Below, piece after piece: positions 1 through 33,100 of a DNA stretch of 64,000 nt. Numbering within the stretch: position 1 is the first letter of the stretch; each line of letters starts with the position of its first letter. Below the pieces are notes generated by a model, which made no database searches, had not been told where the DNA came from, and saw only the letters and a program-made list of their open reading frames with translations. The DNA comes from Octopus sinensis (Eukaryota). Location: NCBI RefSeq assembly GCF_006345805.1, contig NC_043007.1, forward strand, positions 30,132,001 to 30,196,000, written 5' to 3'. The position numbers were made by a program, and so were the translations under genes.

Positions 1-44
1 TGAACTCAGAACAAACTGTGTGCTTGTTTCTTTTTTTTAATCTG

Positions 45-100
45 GTGCCCTCAACCATTTCTGCCAGTCCAAATATATTTCGAAAGTTTGTCATATGTAG
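45..100 (-). promoter_or_regulatory. Candidate SECIS element in the TXNRD2 3' UTR
   Basis: Minus strand ATGA-CAAACTTTCGA-AA-(25 nt)-GA fits the ATGA-N11-AA-N18-27-GA pattern, about 270 nt after the Sec codon. Helix II pairing is imperfect by eye. Confidence 0.45.
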
Positions 101-359
101 TAGAGACGATGGGGGTGTGGAGAAATACAACTGAGTTCTGGGTATGGAAACAGCACTGTTGTTGTCATTAGCAACAGGGACAGGTCCCATACTGTTGTGT
201 CAGAAATAGAACTAGGCACCATGCTGTTGAGTTATCAACAAGGACAGGTGTGTCATTGCTAAACAATTGAGGTAAATGACAGATATCAGAAGTATAAGAA
301 GAAGTGGGGGTAACAATTAATGAGTTGCCTGGGGCGAGGGGATGACCAATTGGAGCAAA

Positions 360-20142
<19,783 letters not shown>

Positions 20143-20665
20143 GACGGAGAAGTGAAAATACCGGCGACCAGGTAGATTAATTGCTAAGGTTGGTTAGAAA
20201 AACACAAAAATTACAGAAGTGAAACGAAATGATGTGTTCCGTTAGATAAGAATTTATACTTGTGAATGTAACGAAACGAACAAATCTTGCACTTCGATTT
20301 ATATCAGTTTAAACTTTTCCAAAATGAAAACTATGAAATAATTATTTAATTCCTGTTGCTGACAATAAAGATCACGATTTCATTTCTGTTTAATTATAGT
20401 TATTATTTATATGTATAAACACACGGTGTAAAGGTGGAAATTCAGGCTACATTCAAAACTACATTATCCAAAGAATCTTCCTTTTTTTTTAAGGTAATAA
20501 GAGGGTAAATTAAAGACTATTTAACTACTATATCTAGCAGCTTCAGTAACCACATAGAGACCTCCCCTCTTCAACTTCGTTGGTTAAAAAAGAAAATAAA
20601 GCGGGAAACATTAGGCGTTTAGAGTTATTCCCCCTGACAGCTGAAAGAATCGGTTTCTGCGAAGG
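20143..20665. promoter_or_regulatory. Probable bidirectional promoter and 5' UTRs shared by TXNRD2 and RAD51D
   Basis: Divergent start codons only 523 bp apart; TSS positions cannot be read from sequence. Confidence 0.7.
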
Positions 20666-20809
20666 ATGTCTTTGATCCGGGTTGGAATCTGCGCTGGGAT
20701 GACGGAGGAGGTTGTCCGAGCACTGAATGCAGCAAATATACGGAACCTTGTGGAGTTTATTGATGCCGAACTGGAAGAATTAGTTCACACGTCAGGCATA
20801 TCGTACAAG
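20666..20809 (+). CDS. RAD51D: RAD51D exon 1
   Basis: [48 protein letters not shown]|gtaaga. Confidence 0.92.
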
Positions 20810-23800
20810 GTAAGATGAAAGAAGAAACACACGTTCGCTCACACACACGAAGGACCCTCAACACCAGCACTTAACTTCCTGGAAATAGCAGTTAAATTAC
20901 CCTCAAAATACACTATAGCATCATAAATACATGAAGAACACCCTCGATAATGTAGTCCTGTTGTACTTAAAAACACGGGACAGTCTTATCTTCCGGTTGT
21001 TAAACAACAACAACAACAGTAACGTGTTTGGCTCCTTTTATCAGTCAGGGTCGTCACTCATAAATCCCTCTGCTTCTATCTTTAACTACTTTAGTCTTTT
21101 ATGAGAACCTGTTTCGAATTTATGTCTTAACAGATTCCATCACTTGTGCATTTCGTTGTTGTGTGGTTCCAGGTCAGATCTATTCGTGTCCCAATCATTT
21201 AAAATATTCCGTATTTGATCATCTTGTATCTAGAACCACGTTATTTAATGTCTCCTTAAAAAAAAAAGGAAAAAATAGACGTTAGTATGTAACTTGAAGA
21301 ATTTGGCTACCATTTCTAACAGGACTAGCGACCACAAGGATGTGTTCTAATTTACAAAATGTAATTTGTATTAAGGAGGCACATGGCCTAGTGGTTAGAG
21401 CAGCGGACTCGCGGTCGAGGGATCGCGGGTTCAAATCTCAAACCGGGCGATGTGCCTGTTTATGAGCAAAACACCTAAGCTCCATGCGGCTCCGGCAGAA
21501 TTTCTGCTGACTCTTTCGCCACAACTTTCTCTCACTCTTTCCTCCTACATCTTGCGACGGATCTATACGCCAAGGAGACCGGGAAACCGGCCCTTATGAG
21601 CCAGGCGTGGCTCGAGAAGGAACAAACAAAACAACAAAAAACAATTTGTATTGAATGTATGTTGTTTTATAGCTCTATGTTTATATACACTCATGGATGT
21701 ATGAGTGGCTGTGTGGTAAGTAGCTTGCTAATCAACCACATGGTTCCGGGTTCAGTCCCACTGCGTGGCATCTTGGGCAAGTGTCTTCTGCTATAGCCCC
21801 GGGCCGACCAATGCCTTGTGAGTGGATTTGGTAGACGGAAACTGAAAGAAGCCTGTCGTATATATGTATATATATGTATATATATGTGTGTGTCTGTGTT
21901 TGTCTGTATATGGTGGTGTGTTTACGTCCCCGTCACTTAGCGGTTCGGCAAAAGAGACCGATAGAATAAGTACTGGGCTTACAAAGAATAAGTCCCGGGG
22001 TCGATTTGCTCGACTAAAGGCGGTGCCCCAGCATGGCCGCAGTCAAATGACTGAAACAAGTAAAAGAGTAAAAGAGTAATACCCTACACTCGGATCATCT
22101 CGAAACAAATTCAATTTTCTTTCACATGTGCCCTGCCGCAGCACATCAACAAATAGACTTCACTCTATTTGCATATAAATCCCAGACCAGTGATTCATTT
22201 CATTTTGAGATGATCCAATTACATGGTTAATACAATTCAAAATATTTTGAAATGCATTAACTGAGGAAGGTACTGCGTAATGGGCAGTATTTCCTATTAT
22301 ATATTACATTGATCTGAAATGTGCATATTAAATGCTTTCAAATGATCATTATTTGGTTTGACTTCATTGTTACAAGCTGACATATATATTAAAAGGAAGA
22401 TAGATATAACAGAGGAAATAAGAAAATTATAACAGCTTTACTGATTCGTATGCTTTTTATATTTCTTTTAATTGGTTACAAGACTGATTGAAGTGCCGAG
22501 AGTTTTGTGTATGGCACTTACCAAACTGCCTTAAATTCGAAGGGCTTGTTTCTTATAACAGTGTGAATTACATTTAGTTACTAATCTCGTTACAAACAGT
22601 ATTTTTAATTATTGGAATTTCTGTCTTTGTTCTGTAATTCTAGGAATTGGTGGCCTTAAGAAGAGTTGTACTTGCTGAATTCTCAGCTTTCCCTCTGCAA
22701 GCATCAGACATTTATCGAAAACTCATAAAGTCAGCTGCTATCTTGTGTACAGGTTGTATCAGGTAAATTCTGCATTTCCATAAAACTTCTGAGATTCATT
22801 TCCTCTTCAGCCTCGCCTGGCCCCGTGCTGGTCACACGTAAAAGCACCATCCGTTCGTGGCCGTTTGCCAGCTCTGTCTGGCACCTGTGCGGGTGGCACG
22901 TAAAAAGCACCCACTACACTCACGGAGTGGTTGGCGTTGGGAAGGGCATCCAGCCGTAGAAACACTGCCAGATCTGACTGGGCCTGATGAAGCCTTCCAG
23001 CTTCACAGACCCCAGTTGAACCGTCCAACCCATGCTAGCATGGAGAATGGACGCTAAATGATGATGATGATGATGATGAAGGAAGCTGGCAGTAATTTCC
23101 AGATCTATGTGGGTCACTGTGAGACCAGACCAGGGTCCAGCTGTTATTTTTGTTTTGGTGGATGACAGGAATTAGCCGATCGGGTTTCATTGAAATTATC
23201 CAACAAGCTGGCAGAATTATTACCATGCCAGGCAAAATGCTTAGCGCCATTTTGTCTGTCTTTATGTTCTGAGTTCAAATTCTATCAAGTTTCACTTTGC
23301 CTCTCATCCTTTCAGGTATGGAGAGTGTGTGTTTTTTTTTTCCTGCCTTTAACCCTCCAACACAGAGTATAGGCCACTTATAGTTGAATTCCATGTCGCA
23401 TAATTTTTCGCTTCTGTACTTATACTCTGCCACGAATGTCCCCCTTTATCTAGTTCCTTTTGTGTTGGTCTTCACCATGAGTTCTTAGACCTTCCTTTCT
23501 TTCCATATCCATCTGGGTTTCACATTAAAGCACTTTTCGCTACATTTGGTGTCTTTTCTAATTGTGCTACCAATCCACTTCCACTTTTTCTTAAATATTC
23601 GATAGTATATGTACCAGTTGTGTACTGGGGTCAAGGTAATTGACTAACCTTCTGCCCCGAAATTGCTGGCCTTGTGCTGTAATTTGGAACCGATGTTTCT
23701 TATCTTTGGGAGAATCGTTGGCATGCTGGAGAAAATGCTTAGCAGCAGTTCATCTGAGTCTAATGTTTTGAGTTCAAATTCCACTGAGATTGACTCTGCT

Positions 23801-26800
23801 TTTCACCCTTTCATTAAAACAAGTACCAGTTGACTACTAGGGTCGATGTAACCGACTCAGTCCCCTCCCCTCTAATTGCTGGCTTTGTACCAATATTTGA
23901 AACCACTGTTTCGTCGAAATGAATGGTGGTGGTCAGATGTGGGACAAATTTAGTTGTGGTGGGAGTGACAAGAAGTTGTATAACCCTAGGTTTGTCTGAA
24001 TCCAGCAGACCTATGATAAAAGACATTCTATCCATGACCATCTCATCTTTTCAGATATAGTTTATATCAGACATTATCCAATCGTGATCCTTTATCTTTA
24101 TTAAAACAGATGGCTTGAGGTATAATTGGATGCTATTTCTAGTAGGTAGAACGACCCCTTAAAGGTTCCCTCACGTATAAACATTCATGATGTGATTTTG
24201 TGTCTGTTTGTAGGTTGGACCAATTACTTGATGGCGGATTGTACACAGGGGAAATGACCGAAATTGTTGGTGACAGTGCTGTTGGCAAGACACAGGTTGG
24301 CACTTCTTTCCGGATTTGTCTTTTAGGACTCACTCACTCACATGCTCTTTTCAGACCTTCAAACAGGGCCTGGCCCTCCATTGGTTGCAACAATAAGGGT
24401 TCCATTTGATTGGATCAACGGAACAGCCTCCTCATGAAATTAATGTGCAAGTGGCTGAGTACTCCACAGACATGTGCATATCCTTAACGCAGCTCTCAGG
24501 GGGATTCAGTGTCACACAGAAGGGGACAAGGCTGGCCCCTTTGAATTTCCAGTACTTCTCACTTTTGACTGCTGAGTGGACTGAAGTTACAAGAAAGAGT
24601 GTCTTGCTCAAGGACACAATATGCTGCCAAATTATATCCCTCACCATTGCTCTCTTGGTCCTTCTCAAAATTGCCATCTTTCTCTCCCTCAGATACCATG
24701 TCTCACTCCCATACAGCATTGCATCTCTCACTCCTACAGACCCTTCCTTTCATTGTTAATGAGAACCTTATCCCACCTAACAATGCCCCACTTTCCCTGA
24801 ACTTCACCCAGCCAAGTCTTACTCTTGCTGTCACAACTGCTTCACATTCACCACTTACATCCATCCCATCTCCCAAATAACAAAACCCTCTCACCATTTC
24901 CACTGGTTCCATCAGCCCTCCAGCTCCTTTCTCACATCTTCCACAAACTCTCTTGCCAGTCTTCGAATATACAATTCAGCAGTTCTTGTGACTCAAACTT
25001 TGGCTATCCACCCTCAAACAATTTGTCTCCTTTGGAAGTCAGATTGGTCTTGCATTTTAATTTTTTTAGATATGAATATCTACAAAATATAAAAAATGAA
25101 GAGGGTTATATCATGAAGTGTACAGGGCATACATATTGCATAGCACCCCAGGCGAAATGCTTAGCAGTATTTCATCTGTCTCTATGTCTTTTTATAGGCG
25201 TATGAGTGACTGTGTGGTAAGTAGCTTGCTTACCAACCACATGATTCCAGGTTCAGTCCCACTGCGTGGCACCTTGGGCAAGTGTCTTCTACTATAGCCT
25301 TGGGCCGACCAAAGCCTTGTGAGTGGATTTGGTAGACGGAAACTGAAAGAAGCCCATCCTATATATGTATATATATATATATATATGTGTGTATATGTGT
25401 ATATGTGTATATAGGTGTATATGTGTATATATGTGTATATATGTGTATATGTGTATATGTGTGTGTATATATATGTATATATATATATATATTTATTTGT
25501 GTGTATGTATGTATATATTTGTGTGTCTCTGTTTGTCCCCACAACATCACTTGACAACTGATGCTGGTGTGTTTATGTCCCCGTAACTTAGTGGTTTGGC
25601 AAAAGAGACTGATAGAATAAGTGCTAGGCTTACAAAGAATAAGTCACGAGGTCGATTTGCTCAACTAAAGGCGGTGCTCCAGCATGGCCACAGTCAAATG
25701 ACTGAAATAAGTAAGAGAGATACATACAGAGTGGAAGAGGTTTGAATTTTAATATATTGCCAATGGTAAAAATAGTTGAATAAAAAGTTTCCATTATTTT
25801 TACCAACCCCTGTCTGCGCTCACAAGCACACACACACACACATACACACACACAGCATGTACACATTGACACACATGTAAATATAATGTAGAGTGATAGA
25901 AAGGAATGATGATATCAGAGACTTGTTCTTCTTTCTGACTTTGTGTTTTTTTGTTTGAATAGGTTTGTCTGAGCGTCACAGCCAGTGTTGCCAAGGAGAC
26001 GAAACAGAACATTCTCTATATTGATGCATCAGCTACGTTCAGTGCTGAGAGGATCAGGGAAATGGTTTCTGTCGAAGATGAAGAATCAGAAGAGGTAATC
26101 ACAGTTCTATATTTAAGAGATGAGGAATTATTTACATTATTTACAATTGACAGATATTTGTCCTCATCTTGTTTGTTGTTAACACAACGTTTTGGCTGTG
26201 GTAGGTTATACAAAGGCGAAACATGCCGCCCCCTCAAAATAAGGGTAGAGGAACATCGCAAAGCTGTGACACGGGGAGATATTGATAAATTGGGTATAGC
26301 TGATCATGTATGGAAAAATGAAGACCACCTCCCCCTGTAGGATGAAGTTAAAACAATAGACAGAGAACACCACTGGAAAATACGAAAACTAAAAGAAGCA
26401 GCCCATATGCTAGGACACATCAACCTCCTAAGCAGACCGGATGCAGATATGAGCAGCATACGGGAACCGGTATTAAGGAAGGATAGGAGAATATTAGATT
26501 ATGTTAGGGTTTCATTTATGCTTTGCTATGGTGAGAGGCTCATATCTACTGTCATTCACAAATATATTTTTATGTCAGCAGTGAATATATATATATATAT
26601 ATAGCTCTGCTTTTATGTCAGTGAATCCCAAACTGATATTTATTGCCCCTCCCCCCCTCATTCCCCATCTCTAAACATCTGTCACATTATTCTCACTTAT
26701 CTACCCTCTCACCCACCTTTTCTGTCCATATTGTCTCTCCCATATTCACATTGCACCTATTTGTGTGTGTGTATGTATGTGTATATATATATATAAACTT

Positions 26801-27065
26801 AGATATGTTTCGACCAAAGATTGGTCCAGGCCATGTCTAACTTAATAGCACCGCCTGATAGGATTATCTAAATCCTCTTTATGTCAACTTTTGTTTTATG
26901 GTCCATTCAAGTAGTGAGTTCTTGTTGAGTGAGTTGTATCCATGTATGGGTGGCTTATCTGGTATTCCTTGAAGGAATCTGTCCAGACTCCGTTTAAAGG
27001 TGATGGGATCCTTTTCCTCATTAATCAGTTGCCTGTATGTTGAAATTTGATATATAATATATATG

Positions 27066-27108
<43 letters not shown>

Positions 27109-30100
27109 ACCTGATGTGAAAATCAGCTGTGAATGTTCCTTGTATTATGTTTTTGTCTCCCTTTTCTGTCTGTTATGTTTTCGCCTGGTTTCCATCTATT
27201 TTCCCCTTCGCTGTCTAACTTTTGAAATTCCATATATATATATATATATATATATATAATGTAGTGGTTGGCATTAAAAAGGGGATCCTACTGTAAAAAA
27301 CCATACTAAAACAAACGCTGGGGCTTCACACATTTACCAGTTGGATTGAGATCATCCAGTTCATGCTGGCATGGAATATGACCCCTAAGTGATTTATGTG
27401 TGTGTACATTCATAGAGTCTGTTAATGCTTCAGTGTTTTCCTTTCTTTCTTTTTCCTGTCTTTTAGAATCTTGAAGCTGTTCTCAGCCATATCCATTGTG
27501 CCAAAGTATTTAATGTTTTTGAATTATTTGAAGTCCTGGAAACCATAAGACAAGAATTAATTAAACAGGTAAGGGATTTTTATCTGGTCAAGAATTCATC
27601 TTAAAACAGCTTGTTTTTTTTTTCTTTTTTTTTTTTTGGCCAATGCCTCTTGTTACGGTCAGCTCCCCCTCTGCACCTCTCTGCCCCCTCAAGTGTCCCA
27701 TTATCCATCTATCCGGTGGAGCCTCACATTGACGATTCCAACACTCAGCAGTTGTTGTTTAGCTCCAGGTCAGCCTTGATGAAGAGGATTTATAGGCAAA
27801 GGCATTCCAGCCATGGCCATTTCAGTTTTTTTAACCCAAACATTATGGATTACTTTATGCAATGTATGCTTTTCTTTTTACAAAACAGTGATTTGAGGGA
27901 GATTTGTCTGTTATTTTTAGCAAGTTAAATTTCAACATACAGGCAACTAAATTTTAGAATTTAAATTCACTGTGCTGAAGTATTTAATGTGTTTGAGGGT
28001 TTTTAAGTGCCAGAAACCACAAAACAAATATTTATTTTATTGACAGGTATGGCTGTGTGGTAAGAAGCTTGCTTCCCAACCACACAAGGTTCAGGGTTCA
28101 GTCCCACTATATGGCACCTTGGGCAAGTGTCTTCTGCTATAGCCTCAGGCTGACCAAAGCCTTGCGAATGGATTTGGTCTAAAAGAAGGCCATTGTGTGT
28201 GTGTGTGTGTGTAATATATATATATATATATATATTATGTTTGTGTGTCTTTGTTTGTCCTTCCACCATCGCTTATCAACCGATGCTGGTGTGTTCATGC
28301 CCCTGTATCATTAGCGGTTCGGCAAAAAAGGCCGAGAGAATAAGTACTAGGCTTGCAAAGTCCAAGTCCTGGGGTCGATTTGGACTAAAAGTGGTGCTCC
28401 AGCATGGCCACAGTCAAATGACTGAAACAAGTAAGAGAAAAATAAAAGAAAAACGTAAATAAAATACTCTTTATTAGAAATTGAACTCAGAACATAAAAA
28501 GACAAAGGCTTCTGGGGATTCCACCATCCCCCACCATTTGATATGGTTATAAGAATAAAATAAATGAATAAAAGAGAATTAATTGTGATAATAATTTGTG
28601 ATTATTTCCTGGGTGAATATTTCGCTGTTGCTCCAAAACTTAGGTTCTTCCCTTTGGGGTTTATGTAGGTTTGTGTTCTGGTTTTTGTATTTTTTTATTT
28701 GTATTTTGGAAATAGAGTGATGTTTCGTCTGTCTTTGCATTCTGAGTTCAAATTCTGCTGAAGTCACTTCTGCCTTTCATTCTTTTGGGGGTTGACAACA
28801 AAAGTACCAGTTGAGTACTGGGGGTCGACTATTCCCTCACCTAAATTTTCAAGCCGTGTGCCTAGAGTAAAAAGTATTATATTTTGGGAATATATCCCAA
28901 CTTTTGAGAAATGAACAAAAGCAGTAATTTAATTATTTTTTCGTATGATGTAAGAATTTCGTATAATCTAAGAATTAATGTTAAGAATGACGTCTTTGGA
29001 AGAATTATTTCCCTTTGACACAAACTTCAGTCTCCAGCGTCTTACCTTGTGGTAGATCGGTCTTGCCAGACAATGATAAATTGCATGTTGGTAGTTGAGA
29101 AGATCATCTACAGATCTATGGGTGTAGAAAAATATATTTCACATACATCTGTCCATTGTCCTCCAGAGATTGTTGTTGTACAACTATTTTAGTCCTCAGA
29201 ACTGAGCTTACTGCAGAAACTTCCAAATCTGCTGCCTCCCCCCCTCCCTCGCCTGCAACACCACACAACATTAAATAACAAACTATCACAATCGTACACA
29301 CACACAAACACACATGGAGAGAAGACAAACGTGCTGGAAGTTACATACAGCAGCTCTGTAAATATTCACAATCCACATAGAAGACACAGTAAAATAAACC
29401 AAATGAAGCACAAACGATGTTGATGCAGTCACTGCAACCTCGTTTGGCCAACTGAAAGAAACAACAGCAGCAGCAGCCCTCCAAGAATTTGGACCTGGAG
29501 ATCTCCATTTCCAGCGACTTCGAGGGCCACCTCCCAGTGGCCACACACAGGCTCCCTTGGTGGTGTGTTGAGTTTTTAGTATTTCAAAAGAAAACTTATG
29601 TACCTCCTTATTTATTTATTTCTCCATTTATTTTCAGAATTCCAGTTTCTTTGGTGGTCTTCGGTTAATTATCTGCGACAGCGTCTCAGCAGTTCTGTCA
29701 CCTCTCGTTGGAGGACATCAGACTCAAGGTAGGTAGACAAGCAGTGGTTGTTGTGGCTATTATACTGGACTGCTATCTTAGAGATCTTCAGTTCAAATCT
29801 CACTGTAGATGTTTTGCTTTGGTCAGCACTCTGAGTATTCTTCATAACCATGTTGACTTTGCTAGTTAACCCTGCACCTAGTCCCCACACTCCTCTGCTA
29901 CTCCCTGGATTGTTCTTTAGATAGTCAATGCCTACAATGGTCTGCTGTTAATTAGTATATTTCTGTAATTAGCTACAAACACTTGAACGGTACCCTGGGT
30001 GCTCATTTCATCATCATCATCATCAGTTAATCTCTATTTTCGATCCTGCCATGGATTGGGATGTTTGAAAGGGGCCGGCAAACCAGAGAAGTACATCAGG

Positions 30101-33100
30101 CCCCAGTTGTCTGCTTTGCTAAGGTTTCTAAGGCTGGATGCCCTTCCTAATGCCAACCACTTTAAAGAGTGTACCGGGTGCTTTTTACATGGCATTGGCA
30201 CTGGGTTCATTTACTAATTATTTATGCTCTTAATTAATATATCACAGCTGTAGCCACTACATTCCTATACAGGAGTTCACCACTCTAACCAACCACTGTA
30301 CAACCATTATACTTTCAGACTCACCTCATACCACCCAACCACTACACAGTCTCAACACAGCTTCTCACATCCTATATTCCTACACAGGTACCACACTCCT
30401 ATCAAGCAGCTGTCTCCTCACAACCCCTCCACCACTGCAAACAATGACCACCACTCCTACATATTACACCACACCACTGCAATCAACCACTTCACAAAAC
30501 CTCAACATTTCTTCAGTCACCTGCCACACTCCCTCTGCACTACCCCACAGCCACTACACCTTTCCTGCACCACCACCTTCACACTACCACACAGCCCCTA
30601 CATCACTAGCAACTGACCTCCCCTCCCCCAACACTACATCTAATTCCTTCTGTGGTTTACCATTTCAGGTTACAGTCTGTTGGTCCAGGTGGCCCAGAAA
30701 CTGAAGGCCCTTGCTCTTGAATACTCCCTGGCTGTGTTGGTAGGTGCCCTTTGTTCGTTAATCTAGTCCTAGTAAATTGTTATTACCAGGTCAAGTAACA
30801 GTGTTATGATGTCCTTGTGTTCAGGTCGAAAGACAGGATGATGGCCTCAGAATCATTAGTTTTGTTTTTATCTTTTGGTCAAGAAGTAAAGCAGTGCCTG
30901 CAACCCTGTACTGGACTCTGTGATTGTTGGGAGGGAAGGAGGAAGATCTTCTCAAACTGTAAACCTAACCTGAATGCAACAAACTGGAATCTGATGAAGT
31001 AACCCAAGGTGGTTGGTGGTGGTGGTGGGGTTGATGGATGAAGTCCACCACTCAGCTAGGCTGTGGTGGGATTTGAACTTAGAAAACAAAGAGCTGGAAC
31101 AAACACTGCCAGGCATTCAGTCTGCTGATCTTACATTTTAGCCAATTCTCTCCTCTGTCTTGGTCCTTTTTTTAAGGGACCTCAAAAGGCTGAAAGGTCA
31201 AGTTAACCTTGGCAGGATTTGAAGTTAGGGTATGGACATTTGAATCAAATACTCTGACATTTTATTTGAAGCTCTAACAATTCTGACTATTGTTTCTCTG
31301 TCAACCTTATTGTCTGTCTCTCTATTTCTCTCTCTCTTTCTCTATCTCTTTTTACATAAATGTACTTGCTTGGCAAGGGTTTTGATCTGAGATCCTGTGC
31401 TGAAAAGTCAAATAATTGAAGTGAGGAAGACATATGATAGTTATTCAGAAACAAACACCATTCACTTCAATTAAACATATATTCCATATGATAAAACAGA
31501 GATTGTGTGTGCGTATGTTTCTAATGGATTCGAAAACTGAGTTTCCAATTTTGAAGTATGAGGTATCAAAAAATTCAGTAACCTCTTGGCTACCAAATAA
31601 GGTGTGGTTTTTGCACAACTCTTTTTTACTACAAAAATAACCTCGGAAACGAGTTTGGGTCGCACAATTTTTGAGAACTTTAGCTGAGGGAGGCAACTCT
31701 GCCTCTGTAATTTTTATCTCTTAGAGCATAATGAGAGAATGTTTAAAATACAGAGTTTTACCTGGGAATGAACCCTCGAAGTTATACCATCAACTTTATT
31801 AGTATTATTAGGTAGATAATCTTTTGATGTGAAGTGTGTTTGTGTTTTGGTTAACCCTAGGCCAACTACAGACTTGTGACTGGATTTGGTAGACGGAAAC
31901 TGCAGCGTTATTCATCAGAAAATTACCGAAAAACATGTTTATAAAGAAGAGTTGTTTGCTTCATACTCCTTGTGTGCTGATTCTGCTCATCAGAAAAGAA
32001 CAAATAATACAATGTGGCTGTAGGTCATAACACCCTGGCAACGCCGGGGTGCATTGCTAGTGTGTAATATGGCATTGAAATTTTTGACTTGGTCCCATAC
32101 AATGTTGTCAGTGTTCAGGTCACAGCTTGGAGTGACAAAATTTTTCACTCCAAGAAATCAATGTTTTAAATGAAGCAAAACAGTCTTTGTGTATTTCTGA
32201 ATGGCTTCCAGACATTTTCCATTCTGCAATTGTTATCTATCTCTTGGATTTCACTTTATACTTGTCTCTCTGTTTTACTCTCTCTCTCTCTCTCTCTGTA
32301 TTTATGTATCTGTCTTTCTATCTGTCTGTCTGTCTCTCTCAATCTGTCTGTTTTGTCTCTCTCCTCCTACCTTCTGTTTAATCCTCCACCAGGTGACCAA
32401 CAATATAATTGGATCTGACCAGAGCCGACCAGTGGCCAGTCTAGGCAGGACGTGGCAGTCTGTGCCCCACAATCGACTTCATCTTAGCAGACAAACTCCA
32501 TCTCCATCCAATCTTGGTAAACTGGTTGGTACCATCACCATTTTGAAGAGTTGTCGTCAGGTAAATCTCCCAGATTGCATTGTTGCTCCTGACCCTTCTC
32601 CCCACTCATACATCATTGATGGTGTTGTTTAGTCCCAGGTGAACTCTGATACAGCCCCCCCGCCCCAGCAGTAGCCAACCCCCATCATTGTAGGAGTATA
32701 TCTAAGACTATTTTACTCATTTGCTTTTTTGAGTGATAGGATTGTTTTGAGGATGCTTTAGCTGTTGTTTCTAGCAGGTTCTGTGACCATAAAATGGCTC
32801 CTTTGCAAAGAAGCTGTTTAGTTCCTGGATTTAAGCTTTCATAGGTTCTCATCTATGTTGAGTTACTATTCATATTGATAAGGGTTTTATGTGTCCCTTT
32901 TTTCCTTGTCCCAATTAACACTGCTGACCCTTGTGCAATCCGCACACTGCTCATCCTTATGGGCTTCAACAGGAGCGTATTTTCTGCTGGTGCTCCAGCA
33001 TGGCCTTGGTTGTGTTGTTTAAAATGAAACGGAAAACTGAATAACTCCAGATAAGTGGGTTTTGGCATATTTCATATGTTTTAAAGAACTAACTAGAAAT

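Noticed and set aside
24406-25205. Cluster of overlapping 90-126 aa ORFs in RAD51D intron 3
   Set aside because: They derive from a SINE-like piece and a LINE-like remnant ([18 protein letters not shown]) too short and broken to delimit with confidence; not a host gene.
31905-32000. Two CTGATGA boxes on the minus strand
   Set aside because: No GAAA box in register with a stem II.
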